Below are positions 44,862 to 55,134 of a stretch of DNA of 64,000 nucleotides, piece after piece. The stretch covers positions 128,001-192,000 of the forward strand of contig CBDDBZ010000037.1 in NCBI GenBank assembly GCA_965225945.1, in the 5' to 3' direction. The first letter of the stretch is position 1. Every line of letters starts with the position of its first letter. This stretch comes from Alphaproteobacteria bacterium (lineage in GTDB: Bacteria; Pseudomonadota; Alphaproteobacteria; GCA-2731375). The translations under genes were made by a program, and so were the position numbers. Below the pieces are notes generated by a model. It was not told the DNA's origin and made no database searches. It saw only the letters and a program-made list of their open reading frames with translations.

Positions 44862-46091
44862 TCAATCGCGGCCCGCAATCCCGCGATTCAGATAGGCGGC
44901 CAGATGATCGCTCAGGTCGCGTGCGTCGTCGCCGGCGCCGTCGATCAGCGCGGACTTGCGACGGCGCAGGAACTGCATGCCCATCAAATAGAGGCCCGGC
45001 GCTTCGACCACGCCGCCGTCGTGGCGGATTCGCCCCTTGCGATCGAGCACCGGGATATGCAGCCACGAGAGGTCGGGGCGATAGCCGGTCGCCCAGATGA
45101 TCGTGCGAATTCCGGCGGCCTCGAGATCCATACCCAGCGGCGGCGCGGCCTCGACCTCGGTCGGCGGCAGGCGGTGCGGCGGCTCGACCTGGTCGTCGAG
45201 GCCATTCTCGCTGGCCCACGCGTCGATGGTACCCAGAAGCCGGTTCATCTTCAGATCGGACAAGGCGCACTGGTTGCGCAACGAGCCGGAGAATTGCGCC
45301 TTGCTCTCGCTCATGGCGGCGAGACGACCGATCAGTTTGACGCCGATTGCCGTGAGCGCGTTGAGGTCCAGGGTGAGGCGGGTGTCCGAGCCGGTGAGTT
45401 GCAATGACGGCACTCGGCGCGCCCGATTGATGTCGTCCATCTCGTCGTAGCGCTCGTCGTGGACGCCGGCGACGTCCATCCACCATTCGAGGTCCTTGCC
45501 CCGATAGAGGCGCGGCGCGCGGATGTGCTCGCCGACGGCGATGGTCACCGGACGGCCCGAGCGATGGATCTCGTCCGCGAGCTGCGTTCCGCTCGCCGAT
45601 GCGCCGACCACCAGCACGCCGCCATCGGGGAGTTGATCGGGGTTGCGATAGTCCATCGGCGTGAACGTGGCGATCGACGATGGTATCGCCTCGGCCACCT
45701 TGGGAAGGGTTGGAATGTTGCAGGCGCCGCTCGCCAGCACGACCGAGCGGCAGCGCCACTCGCCCCGGTCGGTCGCCACCAGATACCCGCCGTCGGCTCG
45801 GGCCACCGAGCTCACCGTGGTGTGGGTCTCGAGCGGCGCCGAGATGACCTCGGCGTAGCGGTCGAGGAAGGCGATGGTTTCCGGCATCGTCCGGTAGCCG
45901 TCGGGATCGTCGCCCCCATAGCCGAATCCCGGCAGCCGGCTCTGCCAGTTCGGCGTCAACAGCCGGAGCGAGTCCCAACGCTCGGTCCGCCACGAGTTGG
46001 CGACCTCGCCGCGTTCCAGCACGACGTGGTCGATCGCGCGCTTCGAGAGGCACCGACTCATGGCGAGCCCGGCGTGGCCGGCCCCGACCAC
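44862..46091 (-). CDS. Flavin-containing monooxygenase-like FAD/NAD(P) oxidoreductase; 5' end possibly damaged
   Basis: GAGHAG, WDSLRLLTPNW, VVGASASG, WATGY. Confidence 0.8.
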   Translation of the reverse strand: MVGAGHAGLAMSRCLSKRAIDHVVLERGEVANSWRTERWDSLRLLTPNWQSRLPGFGYGGDDPDGYRTMPETIAFLDRYAEVISAPLETHTTVSSVARADGGYLVATDRGEWRCRSVVLASGACNIPTLPKVAEAIPSSIATFTPMDYRNPDQLPDGGVLVVGASASGTQLADEIHRSGRPVTIAVGEHIRAPRLYRGKDLEWWMDVAGVHDERYDEMDDINRARRVPSLQLTGSDTRLTLDLNALTAIGVKLIGRLAAMSESKAQFSGSLRNQCALSDLKMNRLLGTIDAWASENGLDDQVEPPHRLPPTEVEAAPPLGMDLEAAGIRTIIWATGYRPDLSWLHIPVLDRKGRIRHDGGVVEAPGLYLMGMQFLRRRKSALIDGAGDDARDLSDHLAAYLNRGIAGRD

Positions 46092-47190
46092 GACGGTCGT
46101 GGTCTTACGAACGGTTCCGGTTCCTCAGGCTTCGAACCCGTCGCTCATTTCAACACGACGGTCACATTCGTCGGATTGGCGACGACGTCGTAAACCGCCG
46201 AACGCTTCTGCGACTGGGCGATGATCGCCTCGATGTCCTCGCGGCTGGCGTCGGCGTCGATGTCGTAAGTGATATTGATGCCGCCGAAGCCGTTGCGGAC
46301 CTCGTCGTCGATGCCGAGGATGCCTTGCAGGTCCATGTCGCCCTCGATCGTCGCGGTGACCGAGTTCAGTTGGATGTTGCGAAACTGGGCGACCGCGGCG
46401 ATGCCCGCCGTCAGACAACTGGCCAGCCCCACCAGGACGTATTCGACCGGCGTGGCACCCAGGTCCTCCGAGGCAAAAACCTCCGGGTGATCGGCATCGA
46501 AGGTAAAGGTCTTCGTAACTGCCCAGGTAGCTGATTTCGATGAGGCTGCGGATTGGGTCTCTGGGGGCAGATTTTGTGGGTTTGGGGCGCTGACGGCCTA
46601 GATTTCGTTTGACAGAGGGTGGTTGGTCGATTCTAAGGATTCGATGGATAGGGATGTTCTTGCCTTTTTGTCGAAAGACGAGCTGATCGATGTGGTGCTG
46701 GCCCAAGGGTCGCGGCTCGCCGAGTTCGAACTCCGGCTTGGTGAACTCGAGCGCCGGCTTGGCCTGAACAGCACGAACAGCGGCAAGCCACCGTCGAGCG
46801 ATGGATTGAACAAGCCACCGGCGGGTAAAAAGAAGCGCACCAGGAGCCTCCGTAAGAAATCGGCCCGCAAGCCGGGCGGGCAAAAGGGCCACAAGGGCGA
46901 GACCCTGCGCCAAGTCGCCGATCCCGACGCCACCGTCGACCATTATCCCGAGACGTGCCAGTGGTGTGGTTCGGGATTGACGCCGGATATGGCTACCGGC
47001 CATGGGGCCCGCCAGGTTTTCGATCTACCCGAGCCCCGGCCCCTGGTGGTCACGGAGCATCGGGCGCATCGCTGCCGTTGCGGGCATTGCGGCACGTACA
47101 CTCGGGCTTCTTTTCCCGTCGCCATCACCGGCCCGGTTCAATACGGCGCTCGGATCGGAGCCATGGTGGTCTACCTGTCGCACTACCAAC

Positions 47191-47977
47191 CTTGCCTATC
47201 CGGTTATCACCCACACCCACTATATGTAGTGTGTCTCCTTGGACTGCAGGCAAGGGCCGGCGCAGGCGCATTGAGGAGGCGATCCGGCTAATTCTTGATT
47301 GTTCTGAAAACCGAACCGGAGTTTAATTCACGTCACGTACTTAACATCGGGGGACGGAACGGTGGCGACCAAGGGAAAAACGAAGAAACCCACGGCCAGA
47401 CGGGAAGCTGCTGATGAAACGACATCGTCTGAGCGATTGACGGCACTAGTCGAACCCACTATATGTAGTGTGTCTCCCCAGGACTGCAAAGCGACGCGCT
47501 GGCACGAATCGTTGCGAAGAACCCGTCCGCGCCTGTTAGTCTCCTGCGCGTTTTGAGTCGCAGCGAAGACGAAGCGACACGCAAGAACGTGATCCTCAAT
47601 CCGTTTACTTCATATGACGTATTGAGCGAACTTGAAAACCAGTTCACAGAGCTATTTGTGAATAATCCGGCACTCGAATCCTACAATTCAATGAAGCTCT
47701 GATTTCCTGGAATATTCCATCGGTGTCGTTCACCTCCGATTTCAGATAAATTTCAATGAAGTGACGGTCCTTTATGCAACGTGGCGTTTTGCCAAATCCG
47801 ACTCAATGATTAGGATTTCCACCACGCTAAAGTGTCGCCTAAAAGGCGCTACAATGCCGTCCGAGTCCCTGCTCGGCATCGCCGGAGATATCTCCGCTTC
47901 GACCTGCACCGAGCTTTACTCAGGAAAATGGGTGCACACTACATATAGTGGGTGTGGGTGATAACCGGATAGGCAAG
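47191..47977. mobile_element. Non-autonomous TIR cassette, copy 1 (787 bp)
   Basis: 43-bp perfect TIRs; TSD CTACCAAC at 47183-47190 and 47978-47985; no transposase. Confidence 0.92.
47362..47702 (+). pseudogene. Passenger ORF of cassette copy 1, frameshifted
   Basis: Same as 62482-62790 but with a net +32-nt insertion at 47455-47487. Confidence 0.7.
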
Positions 47978-49230
47978 CTACCAACTCCTGCCCGAGGACC
48001 GCCTGGCTGAATTGATGAAGGATCTGTTCGGGGCGGAACTGTCTCCGGCGAGCCTCGCGCGGATGGGCGGGAACAGCGCCGAGTCCGTCCAAGGCGTCGT
48101 CGATGTGATCCGCGAACTGGTGAAATCGGCGCCGGTCAAGCACATGGACGAGACCGGCTTGCGGATCGCCGGGCGGACCCAATGGTTGCACGTCGCCTCG
48201 ACCGCGCGGTTGACCTTCTATCGGGTCTCGGAGCGACGCGGCAGCCTGCTCGGCGGAGTCGGCGGCATCGTCGTCCATGACCACTGGAAGCCGTACTTTA
48301 CGATGGAGGGCGTACGGCACGCGCTGTGCAACGCCCATCACCTGCGCGAGTTGCAAGCCCTGATCGAGATCGAGAAGGAGGGCTGGGCACGCAAGATGCA
48401 GAGACTATTGCGCCGCGCCTGCCACGCGGTAAATCTCGCCCGGGAGCGGGGCGTGGCGCTGAAACCAGGCCTCGTCGAGCGCTTCCGAGGGTGTTACGAC
48501 GCGATCACGGCCGAGGGCATCGCCTTTCACGAGGCACAACCTCCTCTTGCGCCCAGATCGAGCAAGGCCAAGCGCCGGGGAAGCAAGCCGCGCCGCACCG
48601 GGCACAACCTTCTCCGGCGCCTTCAGACACACAAGGAAGACGCGCTGCGCTTCCTCATCAATTTCGCCGTGCCGTTCACCAACAATCAGGCCGAGCAGGA
48701 CGGGCGCATGATGAAGGTCAAGCAGAAAATCTCCGGCGGCTTCCGCAGCCAGAAAGGCGCCGAAGACTTTGCCACCGTCCGCGGCTTCATCTCGACCGCC
48801 AGAAAACAGGGCTGGAACATCATCCAGGCGCTCATGGAAAATCCCGAAACCCTGATCGAGCGTCTCCACGCCGCCTAAAAGGCCACCATGTACCTGGGCA
48901 GTTACAGGTCTTCTTGTGCATGTGCTCTTCGCCGAGGCCGAAGAAGCCTTCGACGGTCGAATGGCTGTAGGTGCCGTTCTTCCATTCGCAGGACGCGCGC
49001 CACATGAACTGGGCCGCTTCGGGCGCATCGGTCAGCGCCGTGCGCGCGCCGATCAGATGCTCGACGTTGACGCCGTTATTCGCTGTGCTTCCACCCTCGG
49101 ACATGTCGCCACTCCCTCTGTTGCCGCCAAGATGTTCCCTCTGCCCTGCACCATAGCAATGACAATGGTCGGGCGTCCAGGGAGCAATATCGGCGGGGTC
49201 CGGACCGACCTCGCGAGCCATTGCCGGCGG

Positions 49231-50124
49231 TCAGGCGCAAGCCACGCGCCGTCCCGTTCGGCAATATTCCTCGATCCACGCGGTCCGATTTTCACCATCG
49301 GACCAGAGCAGCGGAAAGAAGCTCTCGTCGAGGCTAGGATCGCCGGTGCGCTGATAGCGCCGGTAGATGTAGCCGCCCGGCTTGTCGGAGAACTCCGCGT
49401 GGCTCGGTATCATGTGAACGCCGACGGAGCGCCGGATCCGCTCGGCCGACGCGTTGGGGCCGGAGCCATGCCAGATTTCGCCGGCATGAAACACGCAAGA
49501 GCCGGCGGGCACCTCGATGGCGAGGGGTTCGGGCGCCGTGATGCCGGCCGCGCTCGCCGCATGGTGCATCGCCGCGCGGTAGTCGTCGGGGGCAAGAAAA
49601 TCCGCTGGTATGGCTGTCAGCGGCCAGTGATGGGAGCCCGGAACATATTCGATCGTCCCGGCTTCGGCCCATGTGTCGTCGAGCGTGAACCAGCACGTGA
49701 GCGTTTGCTGGGGGCGCAGAAAATCCAGAAACGAGGTGTCTTGGTGGAGCGTCACGGCTTTCGCTCCGGGCGGCTTCCACCAGATCGTGTCCTGGCCGAG
49801 CTTGACCCCCGGCCACTGGCCGAGGACGCCGGCCGCCCGCCCGATATCGGGTGACAGCGCGAGACGAGCGATCGTCAAGTCGGACTTCCAGGCATTGCAC
49901 ATGTGCCGGGTCACGTCCGGCAGAGAGATACCTTCGCGCCAATGCCATTCGTCGGGATAGACGCCGGTGTCGAAATCACCCGCGAACAGGCGCGGAAAGC
50001 AATCTCTGAGCCGCTGGACCCGCTCGTCGCTCAAGACCTTCGGGACGACCAGAAAGCCTTCGCGCTCGAAGCTCTCGACGCCTGAGGCCGAGATCTCTTC
50101 CAACCGCGGGATGTGCCAGGCCAT
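49231..50124 (-). CDS. Phytanoyl-CoA dioxygenase (PhyH) family Fe(II)/2OG enzyme
   Basis: WWKPPG, HQD, LTCWFTLDD, YVPGSH, WHGSGPN...RR. Confidence 0.88.
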   Translation of the reverse strand: MAWHIPRLEEISASGVESFEREGFLVVPKVLSDERVQRLRDCFPRLFAGDFDTGVYPDEWHWREGISLPDVTRHMCNAWKSDLTIARLALSPDIGRAAGVLGQWPGVKLGQDTIWWKPPGAKAVTLHQDTSFLDFLRPQQTLTCWFTLDDTWAEAGTIEYVPGSHHWPLTAIPADFLAPDDYRAAMHHAASAAGITAPEPLAIEVPAGSCVFHAGEIWHGSGPNASAERIRRSVGVHMIPSHAEFSDKPGGYIYRRYQRTGDPSLDESFFPLLWSDGENRTAWIEEYCRTGRRVACA

Positions 50125-50292
50125 TATGCTCTCGCTTCCATCTGAGGCGCGATGGCCGATTATATGTCGCGTATTCGGGAGGTGAAAGCGGCCTTCTCGA
50201 TCACCGGCCGCCATCACCCGCCGATCGCCGAGGGCGAAGCGGCCGGGCAATAGCACTCGACAAAACGGCGACTCCCCCGCCCGGCGGCGTCC

Positions 50293-52320
50293 TCAGGCGG
50301 CCTTTTCCTCCTCGCGCTGGGAAATCACCTGCTCGGCGAGGCGGCCGGTCAACTCCTGCAGGCGATCGAAATGCGCCACATAAGACGCGACGCCCTGGGT
50401 CAGCGAGCGCAACTCGACGATGATGTCGTGCATCTCCAATTCCGGGATGGTACCGCTGACCACGTCCCAGCCGCTCCAGCCCGGCCGCACATCGAAGCCC
50501 AGCACCTGGCCGCGCCGCCCGCTCAGCACCTGGTTGATCCGGGGCGTGAACTCCGATGGCACCATGACGTCGATCCGCATGATCGGCTCCAGCAGCACCG
50601 GATCGCACTTCGGCATGCCCTCGGACATGGCGATCCGCGCCGCCGTCCTGAAGGCAATTTCCGAGCTGTCCACCGCATGGAACTGGCCGTCGTAGAGCTC
50701 GACCTGGAGGTCGACCACGGGAAAGCCGAGCGGGCCTTTGGCGAGGTAGTCCTTGACCCCGTTTTCGACCGCCGGGATGTACTGCCGGGGCACCACGCCG
50801 CCGACGATCGAATTCTTGAACTCGAAGCCGGTCCCGCGTGGCTGCGGCTTTATGGTCAAGTGGACGTCGCCGAACTGGCCGTGGCCGCCCGACTGCTTCT
50901 TGTGCCGGCCGTGCTGATCCACCGACTTGCGGATCGCCTCCATGTAAGGGACGCGCGGGCGCCGGGTCGAGACGGCCAAGCCGTATTTGTGCCGCAAGCG
51001 ATCGACCGCGACGCGGAGGTGGATGTCCCCTTGGCCGCGCAGGACGAGTTCGCGCGTCGCCTCCATCTGCTCGTAGATCAAGGAGGGATCCTCGTCCGAG
51101 AGCTTGGAGAGCGCGCCCGAAAGCTTGACCTCGTCGTCCCGTTTGTCGGCCGAGATGGCGAGCGAGAACACCGGCGTCAGGGTATCCTCGGCGGCGAGCT
51201 CCGGCGCCTCCTTGCCGTCGCTCAGGACCTGGCCGGTGACGGCGGAATCGAGGCGGGCGAGACCCACCACCGCGCCCGGTCCCGCCTCGGCGATCTTTTC
51301 CGTGCCGTGGCCGAGCATGCGGAAGAGGCCGGCGACGCGCTCCCCGTTCAAGCTCATGCCGTCCTTCACCACGCCGCACCAAACCCGCGAGATCGAAAGC
51401 TTGCCGGCATGGGGGGTGTGGATGGTCTTGAGCACCTGGGCGACGACACCATCGCCAAATTCGCCCTGGCGCGCCGCCGCCACCTCAGCCCCCGGCACCT
51501 CGTGGCGCAGGAACTTCAGCAGGCGGCGGACGCCGTGGTCGAGTTCGGCGGAGCCGAGTAGCACCGGCACGATTTGGCCGTCCTGGAAGGCGTTGGTGAG
51601 GTTGGCGTAAATCTCGCCGTCCTCCAGCGTTATGTCCTCCAGCACCTTCTCCATCAACTCGTCGTCGAAATCGGCGAGCGTCTCCAGCATCGCGTAACGC
51701 GCGGTCTCGAAATCGTCGCTCGAGTCCGCCGGCAGCTCGATCGGCTCGGAGGCCGCGTTGGCCTTGTAGGAGAAGACCCGTCGGCTCGCCAGATCGACAT
51801 AGCCGCCGACGGCCTCGCCGTTCGCGAGTGGCATGTGACGGAGCACCAGGGGGGCGTCCGACATCGGCCCGAGCGCGTCCAACAGGCCCGGAATATCGCC
51901 GTTTTCCCTGTCGACCTTGTTGACGAAGAGGAGCCGGGGAATGTCGTGATCCGCCAGGATCTTCAGCAACGGCACGGCGGCCAGGGCCTTGCCCGGGTCC
52001 GGCTCGACCACGACGATGGCGCCATCGACGCCGACGATGGCATTGCGGCTCTCTTGCAGCAGCTCGACGGAGCCGGGGCAGTCGAGGAAGGCGAGGCTAT
52101 CGTCGAGGAAGCTCGTGACGGCGACGTTGACCTCGGTCCCCATGCCGCGCTCGCGGGATTCCGGCGCGCTGTCGCCGACGGTGTTGCCGGCGCTCTGCGT
52201 ACCTTTTCGTCCGATCGCCCCGGTGGCGAATAGAATGCTTTCGAGGAGCGTCGTCTTACCGCTGAGATAGGGACCCAGGATGGCGACGCTCCTCGGTCCG
52301 GTGGGCTTCGAAGTGCTCAT
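50293..52320 (-). CDS. Elongation factor G-like protein (EF-G2 type)
   Basis: GKTT, DCPG, NKVD, HKKQSGGHGQF, FHAVDSSE, LRSLTQG; outside the str operon. Confidence 0.9.
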   Translation of the reverse strand: MSTSKPTGPRSVAILGPYLSGKTTLLESILFATGAIGRKGTQSAGNTVGDSAPESRERGMGTEVNVAVTSFLDDSLAFLDCPGSVELLQESRNAIVGVDGAIVVVEPDPGKALAAVPLLKILADHDIPRLLFVNKVDRENGDIPGLLDALGPMSDAPLVLRHMPLANGEAVGGYVDLASRRVFSYKANAASEPIELPADSSDDFETARYAMLETLADFDDELMEKVLEDITLEDGEIYANLTNAFQDGQIVPVLLGSAELDHGVRRLLKFLRHEVPGAEVAAARQGEFGDGVVAQVLKTIHTPHAGKLSISRVWCGVVKDGMSLNGERVAGLFRMLGHGTEKIAEAGPGAVVGLARLDSAVTGQVLSDGKEAPELAAEDTLTPVFSLAISADKRDDEVKLSGALSKLSDEDPSLIYEQMEATRELVLRGQGDIHLRVAVDRLRHKYGLAVSTRRPRVPYMEAIRKSVDQHGRHKKQSGGHGQFGDVHLTIKPQPRGTGFEFKNSIVGGVVPRQYIPAVENGVKDYLAKGPLGFPVVDLQVELYDGQFHAVDSSEIAFRTAARIAMSEGMPKCDPVLLEPIMRIDVMVPSEFTPRINQVLSGRRGQVLGFDVRPGWSGWDVVSGTIPELEMHDIIVELRSLTQGVASYVAHFDRLQELTGRLAEQVISQREEEKAA

Positions 52321-52466
52321 GGTGTTGGCCTTTCCCTGGATTATTGTCGTGCTATCCGCCCCTCCCGGACGGTTTTCCATCGATCGGCCGGAGCCCGGCC
52401 GATCCCTGACCGTATGGTTTCAAATCCGGGGCGGGACGCGCAAGGAGAAAGCGACGTCCCGACCCA

Positions 52467-53396
52467 TCATCGCTCGCCCGCGCGCCCCTCGGCCCAGGGT
52501 TTGAGCGCCGCATACATCACCCGGTGCAGCGGCGCCGCCAGCCCGTGCTTTTCGGCCAACCGCCAGACCGCGCCCGAGAGCCACTCGACTTCCAGCCGTT
52601 TGCCCTGCTCCAGGTCCATCGCCATGGAGGCGCGGGTCCCGGGCGCCATGTTGTCGGCGACGGCGACGATGTTGGCCACCTCGTCGCCCAGATCATGGCC
52701 CTCCGCCGCCGCGACGCGCACCACCTCCTCGGCCGCGTCGGCGAAGAGTTGGCGCATCACCGGATCCTCCCGGATCGGCCCGATGGTCTGGCGGGTGAGC
52801 GCGGTGACGCCGGCCATGGTGGCGAGGAAGACGAACTTGCGCCAGATCAGGTCACAGATGTCGCCCGAGAGCCTAGCATCGATGCTGGCCTCGCGCGCCG
52901 CCTCGTCGAAGGCGCGCAGCCGCGGGCTCCTCTCGCCGTCGAGCTCGCCGAAGGCGATCGCCGGGGCAATGGCGAAATGCTGGACGACGCCGGGCGCGAC
53001 GATGCCGCCGGAGATGTAGGCGACGCCGCCGACGACGTGATCGGCGCCCAGGATCGGGGTCAAGCGGTGTTCGGAGTCGATGCCGTTCAACAGCGAGATC
53101 ACCGCCGTCTCCGGTCCGATCAGCGCCCGGCAGGCTTCGCCCGCGCTCTCGACGTCCCAGAGCTTGGTGGCGAAGAGCACGATGTCGACGGGGCCGATCT
53201 CGCCCGCTTGGTCGCTGGCCCGGGCCGGCCGGACATGGACGTCGCCGGTGCTGGCGCTCCTGATCTCCAGGCCCCTCTCGCGGATCGCCGCTAAGTGCGC
53301 GCCCCGGGCGAGGAAGCCGACGTCGAGCCCGGCCGCCGCCAGCTTGGCGCCGAAATAGCCACCGACGCCGCCGCTCCCCAGCACCGCGATTTTCAT
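52467..53396 (-). CDS. panE: 2-dehydropantoate 2-reductase family
   Basis: GSGGVGG, LLNG, WRKF, ASMAMD...E. Confidence 0.85.
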   Translation of the reverse strand: MKIAVLGSGGVGGYFGAKLAAAGLDVGFLARGAHLAAIRERGLEIRSASTGDVHVRPARASDQAGEIGPVDIVLFATKLWDVESAGEACRALIGPETAVISLLNGIDSEHRLTPILGADHVVGGVAYISGGIVAPGVVQHFAIAPAIAFGELDGERSPRLRAFDEAAREASIDARLSGDICDLIWRKFVFLATMAGVTALTRQTIGPIREDPVMRQLFADAAEEVVRVAAAEGHDLGDEVANIVAVADNMAPGTRASMAMDLEQGKRLEVEWLSGAVWRLAEKHGLAAPLHRVMYAALKPWAEGRAGER

Positions 53397-53400
53397 GCCC

Positions 53401-53703
53401 TCACCCCTTGTCCGCGAGAGCTACCAGCGCGGCGTCGATATCGCCGCCGGTCAGCGACCAGGTGTTGTCGAGATAGGCGATCACCTCGGCCATGAAGGCC
53501 TCGTGCAGCGCCAGCGCCCGCTGGTCGTCGCCCAGATGGTCGGCCAGCATCGCCAGCGCCAGTTGGGCGGGCGAAGCCCCCTCGTAGGTCCATTCGAAGC
53601 CGAGATCGGTGATCCGCTTCAGATCCGTCCTCGCTTCGAGGGGCCGGCCGTCGACCAGCACCTCGATGCCGTCGATGGTGCGGTCGCCCCGATAGGTCTT
53701 CAT
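53401..53703 (-). CDS. Small conserved hypothetical protein (DUF6166-like)
   Basis: YRGDRTIDG, FEWTYEGASPAQLALAMLADH; GGAG RBS. Confidence 0.7.
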   Translation of the reverse strand: MKTYRGDRTIDGIEVLVDGRPLEARTDLKRITDLGFEWTYEGASPAQLALAMLADHLGDDQRALALHEAFMAEVIAYLDNTWSLTGGDIDAALVALADKG

Positions 53704-53797
53704 GCTCTCCCTCCCCGAGCCGCGGACCGAGAGCCTTCGATATTAGCCGAAAGGCCTCAGGCGTCGAGGGCCGCCCGCGTGATCGCCTCGACGCTGA

Positions 53798-53856
53798 AAA
53801 AGGGGTCATTGTACTTTATTCGGCGGAACGGATCAAAAAGCAGAATGACCCCTTTT
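53798..53856. repeat. REP-like hairpin, copy 3 (inverted)
   Basis: Reverse complement AAAAGGGGTCATTCTGCTTTTTGATCCGTTCCGCCGAATAAAGTACAATGACCCCTTTT. Confidence 0.85.
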
Positions 53857-53922
53857 CCCTTCGGAGATCACGATGCCGTGCCTCGGCCGGCTCCGCCACC
53901 CCGTCCCCCTTGCCCCGCGCCC

Positions 53923-55123
<1,201 letters not shown>

Positions 55124-55134
<11 letters not shown>

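Larger units (their letters stand above)
46644..48878 (+). pseudogene. IS66 transposase interrupted at 47191-47977
   Basis: NSTNSGKPPSSD, PGGQKGHKG, Zn finger; rejoins in frame as YLSHYQ|LLPEDRL; DETG, HDHW, CNAHHLREL, TNNQAE. Confidence 0.92.
46515..48905 (+). mobile_element. IS66-family insertion sequence carrying a nested cassette
   Basis: 15-bp IR GTAACTGCCCAGGTA at both ends; 8-bp TSD AGGTCTTC at 46507-46514 and 48906-48913. Confidence 0.93.
46145..49104 (-). pseudogene. OsmC-family protein split by IS66 (49104-48906 joined to 46506-46145)
   Basis: Rejoined: MSEGGSTANNGVNV...HKKT|FTFDADHPEVFASEDLGATPVEYVLVGLASCL...SQKRSAVYD. Confidence 0.88.
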
